Assembly: GCF_000150275.1 (NCBI RefSeq)
Contig: NW_002060943.1
Location: forward strand, 7,572,066-7,636,065
Source of the DNA: Trichoplax adhaerens
Lineage: Eukaryota > Animalia > Placozoa
Direction of reading: 5' to 3'
Length of the DNA: 64,000 bases
The notes beneath the pieces are model-generated. The model was not told the origin of the DNA. It made no database searches and was given only the letters and a program-made list of their open reading frames with translations. A program made the translations under genes and the position numbers. Shown one piece after another: positions 25,824-37,978 of the stretch. The stretch's first letter is position 1; each line of letters begins with the position of its first letter.

Positions 25824-28800
25824 TTATTTTGAAGCTGAGAACGCGTGCAGATTTCCTAATTTACTCAACCCAGATTTTACATAAGCCATGTGTGCTTCAA
25901 CGTTATCTTCAAATACACTAGTTAATTGAAATAATTAATAAAATAAATTCACTTTTAACAATTAGTCGTCAATAGATTGAGTAAAATTGAATGACGTATT
26001 TTCAATACCTAATATTCTCTTGATGTACACTAGATTTTACTTCTTCTATAGTATTGGTTAACGATTTCACTTCAAGGGAATCAAAATCGGAATCCGCTAA
26101 TGTCTAAATAGAAAACATCTTGTCATCACTAAAATAAGTAGTTCAATATTCTATTTAAATCTTACTTATTTCTTCCTAAAATCACCGACGTTAGCATAAT
26201 TTAACAATAATAACGTGATTACCTTTATATTTAGCAAAATTGAAGTAAGATTGGTAATTAAATCCACCAATTTATCACTTTCAACCATCTTAGAACTATC
26301 GCTTTGAGTATTTAATTCTGAGACGATTTTCGCCGCATCATTTTTGAATGCAGTGGCTGTATTTTCAACAGGGGTCACTGTAGTGTAATCATCCGTCCAT
26401 TCAGGATCCAGCTGCAATAGGAAAGAAAATTTGCATCAACAAATAGGGAATGACATCAAGAATTATAATTATTGCATTAAAGAACACATTCAATATTTAC
26501 TTAAAGAAATAATCTAACTCATAATTAATCAATGATTTAATACAAACTTCTTGATAATATTTTTGAACTTCTTCTAAATTGGAATTCAATATCTACAGCA
26601 TAAAGACTCATTAGGGATGAACAATAATAGCGTATGTAATAAGAAAAAGGTTATAATATTATCAGCCTGAAGCCAACGCGGAAGTACAACATCACAAAAT
26701 TTTTAAATGAGCATTAAAATAAATTCAGACCTTATTCAAATCTTCTAGTTCAACGACAACATTAGCATAATGGCGTTTAAAATCATTACTCATGGGCTGT
26801 TCTTGTGAATTCTGAAATAAAATATAACTCTTAATTCTTATTTCAACAAACCACTACTGCACTTTACGTATAATATAGTTCCTATTAAAAACATACCATT
26901 TTTTCTGCCCGGGTATTCAATTCCTTCAGGCGATACACCATCTTTCTCTTACACTCTAGTAATTTATATAAATCGACCTAAAAGAAATTTAAAAAGTTAC
27001 ATAATCGTTAGCTAGGTCAATATATTGTTTTAGATAAAACAATACGCATTCTTACCACCACTTCTAAAAATTTTTGTGGATATCCTCCAATTTCCCCTAA
27101 ATTAATGAATCATCTTAGTTAGTACAATAATTAACAACTAATTTTACGATGATAATTAGTACATTAATATACATTACTTACCTTCCGGAATCTTAGCATC
27201 TAGTCTTCGAATTCTTCAGGAAGTTATATATATACAATGTAAAGACAACAAAGCATAAACTTTTAATCAAGGTCAACATCAAGGTTGATAACTCGTCTTC
27301 AATAATGCATACCCATGTTGTGATTCATCATAGATTGAACCGCGAGTCTAATAAATAAAAAAATGCTATCGGTAATCTAGAATATCATCATGCATGTAAC
27401 ATTCGAATAATGGTAATATCCTTACTGGTTGTGTAACGTCAGTATTCAAATTTGGTAGGAGTCTAAATAACAAAAAATTTTGTAAAAATTTATTTCAGTA
27501 TTATCATTTTCTTACAGTAGCTGTAAAATGCGGAGTCTGCCTGACTGACCTTGGAGGCGTAACGTTGGAGAACAAAGATGATGAACTCCTAGGTCTTTGC
27601 TTAGCGACTAAGGACGACTTGAATATAGATTCAACAGGTTCTTCGCTCTATAATTATAATTTCCCAATTACAGCAAGTGTCAATTTGATATTGGAGCCTA
27701 AAAATTCTAAACTGTGTAATGTAAACTTCAAATATTTTTATTTGACCCGGTATACTTACTAAAACTTCCGTATCATCAATATAATGCGTACCCAGGCCTA
27801 ACGTTTTCAAATAATAGTCATATTAGTTTACATCGCTTTTAGAACATTTAACCATCACGAACTTGCTTTTACCAGGTCTGTCAAAAGTAATTCTGTAACG
27901 TTTATTAGCTGTATCTACAGCTTCGATCCGTCCAGTGAATAACCCTCGTTGAGGATTTCGTAAGAAAGCTAATCGAATTTTTGAATGAAACAATTAATGA
28001 GCAGAAAGGTAAAATATTAAAATTATATGATAAATTTATAAGTCGATAACGAACCAGTAACACTTGTTCCAACAACCAATAATGGTGGAATTTCTTCTGG
28101 AAGATCTTTAACAAGTTCAAGATCTATTGTCTGCAATATATCAAGTTAAAAGGCTACTAATAAAAATGATGAAACGATAAAACCACTACAATACAGCAGC
28201 GCCACAAAAGCCGTTATATTGTGCATACCTTTTTCTGTTGTAGGGACCTTATTTTTTGCCTCTTATCCTTTAGAACGTTTCTTTCTTCTTCGAAAAATGT
28301 GGCCGAGCATCTAATTTAGCATAAAAATTTTACCTTAACATCCCAGTTGTTAAGATCAGTATAAATTACATGAACTCAATCAAACTTATCATCTTTTACC
28401 TTCTAGGTCTCCCCATTAATCTTCTTAACAATCCCCACTGGAACCTTGTTAATTTTCTTGTCTGCAAAGTTAAATCATGCGTTATATAATAAATATATCA
28501 TCTGTGAGTTACAAATTTTAGAAACCTAACCAAGCGCATACCTTCAATCCTGGAAAAGATTCCTTTAAGCATAATACAAATTCACTATCTCCATCAAAGA
28601 GAGCCCTATCATAAAAATAGGTAATAAAACTTTTATACCGTTGAAAAATGAAAATATTTATTGTATTACTTTAATAATATAAGCAAATCTAGCTAATACA
28701 TTATCTATTGAGAATGTTAAATCGAACTATCAGTAATTAAGAAGAACTACACAAAGCTTACTTATCGATATTAGAATAAAACCATTCGTTGTAACACCAT

Positions 28801-31800
28801 TTATGTGCCTTACTCAGCTTGAGTAAATTTTTCAAACTTTTTCCACATGTCTATAGAACACAAATAGGCATGATGTGAATTTATACATGTCTTGCAAATT
28901 TAAGAAACTTAAATTATTTACTGTCGTATATGTTGTAGTAGTCATTAACTTTTCTATGAGTTTAACTATCAACTATTAGAAATTGAAAGACATATTACCT
29001 GGATAACAGATTTTTTATCAGGCGTTGAATTCACAGACTATTAATAACATAGCAAGTGCATAATTATAAACATATTATATTATTACGTTTGTGTATCTGC
29101 CACAATTTATTCAATTATTTAGTTCGAAACTACCACACTACGCGTATGTGTTTACATTCCTTCTTCATTACTAAAAACTGCCGATCTTTCGTCTATTGCA
29201 GCAGTAGGATTACATAATTGGATTATAGGAATACATGTAGTGTTTGTAATGCTAATCACAAAAATATAGTAGCCATTTAAGCAGCTACCTATCGCCACGT
29301 AATTCAAAGTGCCTATACTATCGTAGACCTTAGCCGATGAATAGATTGGATAATTTATAAAATAATAGTTCAGATAGTTAAGCAACTACATGAATTCGTA
29401 CAAAGTTCACTTATACGAGCAGTAGCTAAAAGTTACTACAATTACACTCAAATCGGATAACATTAACACTGCCCTGAAGAATTATACCATAGATGCATAA
29501 TTAGTCAATTATAACGAAAGTATAGCTAGCTGTTATGCAATCGTTAACAATATAATATACAATTAAGAAGGTATTATTAGAAATATAAATTTTCAAAAAT
29601 GAACAAACCATGTTGACCAACGATCGACGAACCGATCTTCTAAGCTTGCTTTTAGGAGAATTCTGTAATACATGCGCAGTTTATTACTCAAACGGTAATC
29701 AGCTCAAGCGATAAAATAACTAAGAATCTTATAGCAAATGAGAAATAATTTTGTATTTATAGTTAAAGAATAAGTATATACGTTTTCGCTAAACACCATA
29801 GTTACAACATATATCTGAGACAATCCACTTAATGCCGTTAGTAGTCATAAAATAGATTTCTCTCTCAGTGCGTCCAAATAATAACTGGCTAATTTCGCAA
29901 AAGTGATCAGGTATCAAGGACGTAATCTGTATTATCGTACTATTACAGGCTGATGTATTTGTGGTAAAATTTAACTGATGCTTCATTGTACTGTAACTAC
30001 GTTGGTACACTAAATCGATCAAAGTACTGATAATAAATAAACATCCTATAAATTGTTAACGAAGTATCTCGAGCGCGACAATTTGTAGCTTTTCAGGACA
30101 CGAACAATGGCTTGTAACACTTCCATTGACGTATAATAAATAAAGGTTGGATTCAAATATAATAACTGATTTAAATAATTAAAGTAATCTTATTGACTAT
30201 TAACTAACCAATTGTGGATCTAATGCCATTCGTTTTGCTGATGGAGAACCCAAAGAATTCTTCTTTTTAACACTATTTGATAACCCGGTCGTCTAATGGC
30301 ATAGATAATGTGATAAGATAAAATTAGCGTACAGTATAAGTAGACAAAGTAGTTAACAAAATCGAAATATTGATTTCGATATATTTGAGTACCTTGACCG
30401 GTGTTGATATCTGATTAGCTCCATAAGAACTACGACGTCGATCACCTCCTAATTAGTAAGATAACAGAATAGAGTATCATAAATTCTGTTCCCCAAAAAA
30501 CAAGTTGTTCAAATAGGATGAAATGTGGTAATAATATGCGGATCTAAATGCAAACGACGAGATGAAACATTATCTTCTAAATTATAAGATGATATACACA
30601 AGTCCTGTACAATGTTTTTATTGGTCGTATCATCGATATTTACTGTAGTAATACGGTTGAGGATAGAAGGCAGTTAAGATATCGCCAATAACTAAGAGCT
30701 GCCATGTTGACATTCAATGGAATATACTGAAACATCCACTGTCAGCTGAAGTACTACAGTTCGTGAATCCGCTTAATCAAATGTGATTGATTGAGAGGAT
30801 TGCGTACTCGTACTGAGTATCATCTACACAAGATGCATCACGAAGGTCATATTAACGTCATGATGATATTTAAACGATGTCCGCGTTTTACAACACTGGT
30901 ATCAAGTCATACCGTTCTGGTCAAACCTACTAACATTTTTCATAATATAATTCTATAGTACAAATAGCTCTGTCTACCCGATTTTAAGATTTGTCTATCT
31001 TCAGTAGAGTACCACATTTACAATTACAGTCTCATACTAAACTAAAATTTGCCACCTTATCGCCTTAAAGAGATAACATTCCTTTTTAACGTCGTCTATC
31101 CTGTTATATTTCATAGTTACAATGTAGATTATAATAATTAATTATGGACACCAAAAAGTTGTAAGCCAACACACCTTAACCATTTCAATTCAGCCAATGT
31201 ATAACATATATAGACATGTTTATATGACACGATGACGAATCCCGTGGATTACAGTTCTCGTAGTTATTAACAAATATAAACTCCTCTCTATATCGATGAA
31301 AGTTTACTTTTGTAATTTAATGAGCTAGAAATATTACTACATTACTAGTTGAATACCCATCACTCTTCAATACAGTATCATAGTAAGGGTCTAGGACAAT
31401 TTGACGCGGATAATTTACCGCTGTACAATGTACTGTAGTATAGAATGAAAACAATATCAATATAAATTTGATATTACGAGGATGAATTGAATACTTTGCA
31501 GTATTCAATTAATCTAATGCAGTAAAGTGTCTGTTTTGATATTACGAGGATGGATTTAATATTATGCAGCGTTCAATCCTATACAGCGTAAAATTATCCG
31601 GTTTCGTATAGTAAAGTAGACGGATATGCCACGTAATCGCGTATTAAAATGTAATGTATAAAAAATGATGATCAAGTGGCGTTATCTTACCATAGCGTGT
31701 ACAGTATTCCAGAAAATTTATTCTACAAGATGTATCGCACATTACAGTTTAGAGATATTAAATATTAATTATTATTCCATTAAACAAAATATCTTTCAAA

Positions 31801-34432
31801 TTGGAACATGACCATGTATCTAATCGTTTAAATTATTATCGTACTTTAAAATTATTTGGCATACGATATCTGACATCGGTGTGTTAACCCAATAAAACTG
31901 ATAAAGAGATATGAATTGCATAAAGCAAAAATTCTGCAATTTATTACTACAGTATGCGAATACAGTACTACGCGTTTCAGCATCTAAACGACTGCATCCA
32001 CAAGTCTGTGACGATAACTATAGTAACTGACGATTGCATTCTGAGTAAAATTTGTAGAATTATGTATCCGCTCTAGTATTCTACTCCACAAGTCTGCATT
32101 GGTTACTGTAGTGACTGATGATTGGATTAGAATATTTGAATACCCTTGTAACCATGTCGATCTGTGTTTCATATTAAGATGATATTTTTCATCGTGGAAA
32201 AGGCCTACTACGCGTATACAATGCTGTAATCAAAACTAATGCTTAGTAATTGAAGTATAGTAAGGATTTTAATTCGCTTTTTCTGCATGTTTAAATCCTT
32301 TAAATTAATCTACCTATGCACTGTAGTGAAAGAATAGTAGTGCATATTTATTCATTATAAAATCCCTATCCAATACTTGCACCCAGTCATCCTATTATAC
32401 TCGTATAGTATTGACACGAATTGAAAAAGGTAAGCATGATTACATCTATGATACAGGATGCTATAAAACATTCGCTTTCACATCTTATAGCATTAATTAA
32501 ATGCTATCATGAAAACCCTATGTGATACGAATCAGGGTTTCATCTTGACTGATGGACTGGCATTGCAGCATTTGACATACCTACAGAGCAGAGTACAAGT
32601 TAAGTCTAGACGAATCAATAAAAAATTCTAGTGTGTACAGAACTGAACTTTGTTATAACGATATTTGTTGACTGTTGATTTGCCCATCGAAAACACTGAG
32701 TGACCTGATGCCATCTTGACATCGAGTAGGACGACTAAAGCATAGAGTGTAAAATGTTAACGTGATTTTTTTTAGCACCCCTTTCAATTTGGCCTCCATC
32801 ATCGATATAGCCGTGTTTTACATATCGACGACTAGAGCCTAGCGGAATGAATATGGAATTGAGTGCATACAGACTATGGGGTGTTGTTGACTAGCACATC
32901 GCAGATGATGACCGAGCGATCTGATGCTATCTTGACATAGAAGAATCAAAGTAAGGCGATTGATCCTCGAGCGTCAAAATGTGAGAGTAATTTTAATACC
33001 CTTTTTTGATGATACCTCTATGAGTAATATACAGGGATAGAACAGAACAAATTTGCCCAAATTTTATTTTCGGAGCTAAAACAGTATGTAATACAATAGG
33101 TAACGCTGCCTGTTGATGAGGGCATGGACGAGCCTACTGTACCTGATGCCATCGTACAGAGAGCAAGACGATTGATCATCGAGCGTAACTTGGACGAGTG
33201 ATTCTTTAACACCCCACTGGATTTCATACCATGCAAATTTTGACAAGTGCAGAAAACGATCATGGACATTTGCTAAAGATGCTATCCACAATATTGATAC
33301 TGATCGTTGCCGGTATAACGCTTTCGATGTTTACAACTTCCAACTCGACCCTCATGTTTGTGACAACAAAATAGTATTTAGGAAAGTCAAAGTCAAGCAC
33401 ATTATGTGATCGGCTAGTGATTTATCCTTCATGACATGTTGCTCTACTCCATTGGAAATTATTTTTTTGTTAGACTAGACGATATTGCTATCGTAAACCA
33501 TGCGAAAAATGGACTGAAGAGATTGTAAAAGGACGAAATGACGTGGAGTGGAAGAATCGCTAGTGGTCCACTTTTACTTTACTTCACAGGTATGTACTGG
33601 AGTAGAGTACTACCATGGTTTCTCTACTCTACAGTAGAGTAGAGACTAGACGATGTTGTATTGGATGTGAAAGAAGACGGTTTGTGTCCAGTTCGTCCCG
33701 AAACGAGGATATCACACCAAACTTGACTGAATACAGTAGCATGGGTACAGTATGAAACGATTTGGTCAAATGTACAACCCCTTGGCGTTCAAAAATGGGA
33801 GCAAATGGTCTTCCTTCAACTCGTCGCAATGGTACATTATGAGAAGTAGGAAAAACATGGGGAAAAAAAATAGCAAAAGGATTCCATGTTTATCAGCTAG
33901 GGAAGTTTGTACATCCATTGAAATAGTTTCAATGGTGTTGTTGCCCAGTCAATCGATACAACTTTTTCATCGCCATCAACATGCAATTTTGTACAGTGTA
34001 GGATTAGTGAAGGAATCGACATTGTAGCACAATCAGTCTAATGATTTGCTGCAAAAATAGTATTGAAAAAAAAAGAAGCCAGGATTTGTCATGTGCCACT
34101 ACCATGATGATCCAATAAGGGCTGAGGTCATAAGTCGATGGAATGGCTAACTGAAGATATTTATTGATCCATCCATGTCCATACTAACGGATAGAAAAGT
34201 AACGTACCTGATTTGTGTATGTTTAAAAGGATCTCCGCCGTTGAATCTATATTGAGATCGTTGAAAGAAAAAGCATTTAGTCGTCCTTTCTATAACTCCA
34301 TCAAGGCTAAAATTGATTGATAAGTTTACTTAGATAGTGTTAGTTGATTTGAGAATGATTTTATGCTAATACTAGTTGATCGATAAAGTACAAGGTGAAA
34401 AATTTACCATCCAATTCTGACACTCCGTTCAT
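25824..34432 (-). CDS. LIN9: LIN9 (MuvB/DREAM core subunit; DIRP domain)
   Basis: Internal exons give LKNLLKLSKAHKWCYNEWFYSNID, ALFDGDSEFVLCLKESFPGLK, TRKLTRFQWGIVKRLMGRPRR, CSATFFEEER...KRQKIR and GLFTGRIEAVDTANKRYRITFDRPGLGTHYIDDTEVL. The C-terminus is FEDNVEAHMAYVKSGLSKLGNLHAFSASK*. The proposed first exons 34432-34408 and 34246-34208 (MNGVSELDDSTAEILLNIHKSG) are phase-compatible with the exon near 30447. The 5' end is less certain than the core. Confidence 0.9.
31388..31606. mobile_element. Dispersed MITE-like repeat, copy 1 (in LIN9 intron)
   Basis: GGTCTAGGACAATTT...TTTGATATTACGAGGATG...GCAGCGTTCAATCCTATACAGCGTAAAATTATCCG aligns with 59551-59791. The family has a subterminal inverted repeat CGGATAATTTACCGC / GCGGTAAATTATCCG. 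Confidence 0.65.
32700..33215. repeat. Degenerate ~220 bp tandem repeat (3 units)
   Basis: CTGATGC(C/T)ATC...ACGA(C/T)T...GAG(C/T)GT.AA...GTGATT..TT.A.ACCCC recurs at ~32705, ~32921 and ~33143. Confidence 0.55.
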
Positions 34433-34446
34433 TCTCGCATAACCCC

Positions 34447-34462
34447 GCGCGAAAAATTTGAA
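34447..34462. promoter_or_regulatory. E2F/CDE + CHR composite element (DREAM/MuvB-type) at the LIN9 5' end
   Basis: GCGCGAAAAATTTGAA, i.e. an E2F site (TTTCGCGC on the minus strand) abutting a CHR TTTGAA, about 15 nt upstream of the proposed LIN9 ATG. Confidence 0.6.
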
Positions 34463-34742
34463 AGACTTGTGACTGTATTACTGGAGTAGTAGTATAGTAG
34501 CGATTCAAATACTTCTACCTACAGTTTTAGTACGCTACCGTACTAAAACTGTGGCAAAAGGGGAAGGACGGCCCAAATGATGGCATGCCTGGTGCGCCTG
34601 CACGCCAACTAACGCGTACCGTACATAGCGACACCCGCAATGGCAAACGACCCTTTATACTGTAGTATCAGGAGTCACTAGTGAGTCAGACCCATAGGCT
34701 AGTGACGCCTAGTACCGTCACGCTACTGCATTGGACTTGGTG

Positions 34743-35820
34743 AGTGTACACTAGGCCCAGGCATAATAACCCCGGTTACTCAGATACTCCGCGTCAATAG
34801 CTAAAACGATGAGATACATTATTCTACGAGTCTTTACGCTGAGCATCAGAGTCATCGGGGTTAATATGGCTGTACACTGCCATACTAACCCCGATTACTC
34901 AGATACTCAGCGTCAATAGCTAAAACGATGCAATACATTATTCTACGAGTCTTTACGCTGAGTATCAGAGTAATCGGGGTTATAATATTAAGGCTGGGCC
35001 TACTGTACACTGCCATACTAACCCCAATGACTCAGATACTCCGCGTCAATAGCTAAAACGATGAGATACATTATTCTACGAGTCTTTACGCTGAGCATCA
35101 GAGTCATCGGGGTTAATATGGCTGTACACTGCCATACTAACCCCGATTACTCAGATACTCCGCGTCAATAGCTAAAACGATGAGATACATTATTCTACGA
35201 GTCTTTACGCTGAGCATCAGAGTCATCGGGGTTAATATGGCTGTACACTGCCATACTAACCCCGATTACTCAGATACTCAGCGTCAATAGCTTAAACGAT
35301 GAGATACATCATTCTACGAGTCTTTACGCTGAGCATGCTACTGTACACTGCCATAATAACCCCGATTACTCAGATACTCTGCGTCAATAGCTTAAACGAT
35401 GAGATACATCATTCTACGAGTCTTTACGCTGAGCATGCTACTGTACACTGCCATAATAACCCCGATTACTCAGATACTCTGCGTCAATAGCTTAAACGAT
35501 GAGATACATCATTCTACGAGTCTTTACGCTGAGCATGCTACTGTACACTGCCATAATAACCCCGATTACTCAGATACTCTGCGTCAATAGCTTAAACGAT
35601 GAGATACATTATTCTACGAGTCTTTACGCTGAGTATGCTGCGCAATCGGGGTTATAATATTAAGGCTGGGCCTACTGTCCACTGCCATAATAACCCCAAT
35701 GACTCAGATACTCAGCGTCAATAGCTTAAACGATGAGATACTTTATTGTAGGAGTCTTTACGCTGAGTATCTGAGTAATCGAGGTTATAATATTATGGCT
35801 GGGCACACTCAAGTGTACAG
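34743..35820. repeat. Tandem array of 9 inverted-repeat (hairpin) units, 100/119/133-134 bp
   Basis: Core GCGTCAATAG at 34791, 34910, 35043, 35162, 35281, 35381, 35481, 35581 and 35715. In full units the arm TAACCCCGATTACTCAGATACTCAGCGT pairs with ACGCTGAG(T/C)ATC(T/A)GAGT(A/C)ATCGGGGTTA. Confidence 0.95.
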
Positions 35821-35825
35821 TGTAC

Positions 35826-35877
35826 TCGATCGCCAAGGCTTTGCTTAGTATACACTAAGCAAAGCCTTGGCGATCGA
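35826..35877. repeat. Perfect 24-bp-arm palindrome with 4-nt loop
   Basis: TCGATCGCCAAGGCTTTGCTTAGT-ATAC-ACTAAGCAAAGCCTTGGCGATCGA. Confidence 0.95.
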
Positions 35878-37658
35878 TTCTGCTACTGTAGCGTCAAGAA
35901 TGAATCGTCAGCACTAGGCGAATACCCAAAACACCAATAGATTATAAAGATAATCATGGAGAATTCTTTATTTAAAATGGACGTCCATGTTGCAGCAACG
36001 ACTCATGACTGTAAATCACCGCAGTAGCTTTAATTGAAAACTTTCAAACGTTGAGGAAATCATGATCGTCATCCACGATGAACGCGATGACAGTGGAGTA
36101 TCACAGCATTCATCCAAGTCTCTCTTGAAATCTCTGGATAGCTAGCATGACATGGATTAGTTGGAACCCTTTCAATGGCATAACTCTCTCATAGCCATAG
36201 CGAGTATCAAATTGATACTATAGTAGGCTTAGCAGCAGGAAAAGGATTGGTGGAGACTTTTGAACAACGTATCGTACTATGGTACGATTGCAGCAACATG
36301 TACACATTGTACACGGTAGTTGAAATGTTCTGCACGATTTCAATACACAACAAATAACATACGTTCAAAGCTGGCTCAGAATTTCTTGTATGCCCCCATT
36401 CTTGTCATTAATTGAATCACAACAATAGATTACCATGATACCGTAGTATACAGTACAGCTTTTGCAGCCAAGGGCACAGCTCATTCTGCTGCAGTTCTAC
36501 TTTGCTCCCACACAATCAAAGTACAGTACTTTGTGCGTCGTGTTGTCTTTATGATTGATATGAGACTAAATCCCATACCGGCCGTACGTAAGATTGCAAA
36601 TTGGGAAAGTAACTGGCCGCCATTGATTCACATTGGCATCATCCAATTTGTTAACTGCGGCCAATACAACACAACACTGGGCATCGTATAGTCCACGCAT
36701 AGTATTGCACAGTTCAATGTTCAATGCTAAATGCTAATGGCCGCCAATTTACTAAGACGAGTAATTATGCAAAGACAATGTGATTTCAGGAAGCAAAACG
36801 GATTTGTAAATAAACAACCAGTTCGTCTACTGGATTTACGATGCAGTAGAGTAAAGAGAGTACAGTACAGTGAGGTGAGGGGACGCCTACAGACAAAATT
36901 TCACCCCAAAAGCCAAAATGTCGATTGACAGTGTCCAATGCTCGTCTATACCGAACCTTTTGGTAACCTTGAGGTAACTTTAAGCCCGTACGTGCAGAGC
37001 ATTGATAATCATGAAAATAAGAATACTGTACGCATACAGTATACCTCCAATGGCGGTGAACTTCTACAGTATTGTGTGTACGGGGGACATCCATGTTTAT
37101 ATGAAAGCATTGCATCTCTACAGTATAGACAAGATACAAGCCCATACAACTAGAAACATGTGTCCACTGTTGTTGACTACCCCAACTATTTCAAGATTGC
37201 CGGGGGCCAATATACCGTAAGTAGAGAGCATAAAATGAACTCACGCAAACTGTTGAAAGTAAAACTGAACATTTCCTCCAAAGGTGAAGTTAACAATCTG
37301 AAATCACTTCATGTCAATTTTGGATGATCTACAGACAGTACTGTATACAGTATAAAACGCTGTACAGTACAGTATACTGTGTACAGTAGAGTACAATATA
37401 CTGTATACTGTACAGTACTGTATGTATATTTAGCTTAGTTCTTAGTTATTGTTTGCTAAATGTAGTAATTATTTATGTACAGTATTGCCTATCAGCAGAC
37501 ATTCATTTATTCTTATTTATAGTGTACTCAGTATACTGTACTGTATAAAAAAGAAAGAAACGAGACAGTAAACGGTCGTTGATAATACAGTACAGTTTAG
37601 TACTAAGAATTAGCAGGCTGATTATCATCATTTTAATTAGCATCATGATTACAACCCT

Positions 37659-37978
37659 TTTACAAACCCAATTGTCACCCCCTGCGTACAGTACTGTAGA
37701 GTCCAGTAGAGTACAGTACAAACCAAACTGGCTACAGTACATACTGTACTTTCAGGGGGTGACAATTGGGTTTGTACAGTACAAAGCCAATTGTCACCCC
37801 CTGCGTCCAGTAGAGTACAGTACAAACCAAACTCGCTACAGTACAGTACAGTACATACAGTACAGTACCCCCTGCTTCCAGTACTGTACTGTACTGTACA
37901 GTAGAGTACAGTACAGTACAAACCAAACTCGCTACAGTACAGTACATACTTTCAGGGGGTGACAATTGGGTTTGTAAA
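37659..37978. repeat. Two tandem inverted-repeat units embedded in TACAG low-complexity DNA
   Basis: TACAAACCCAATTGTCACCCCCTG (37661-37684, variant at 37780-37803) is the reverse complement of CAGGGGGTGACAATTGGGTTTGTA (37753-37776, 37953-37976). Confidence 0.9.

Noticed and set aside
30913-31722. Extra LIN9 cassette exons (31722-31691 and 30926-30913)
   Set aside because: They have plausible splice sites but no LIN9 similarity and would break the frame between the proposed exons. They cannot be supported without RNA data.
35299-35590. Two identical 63-aa ORFs (MRYIILRVFTLS...)
   Set aside because: By-product of the 100-bp tandem units, with no evidence of coding function.
34743-35820. CRISPR-like array
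   Set aside because: The sequence between the palindromic arms is the same in every unit (no unique spacers), there are no cas genes, and the context is eukaryotic.
35845-35856. CRESS-virus replication origin nonanucleotide in the palindrome loop
   Set aside because: TAGTATAC does not match NANTATTAC and no Rep ORF is nearby.
37503-37965. Cys/Tyr/Thr/Val-rich ORFs on both strands
   Set aside because: Translations of TACAG low-complexity repeats.
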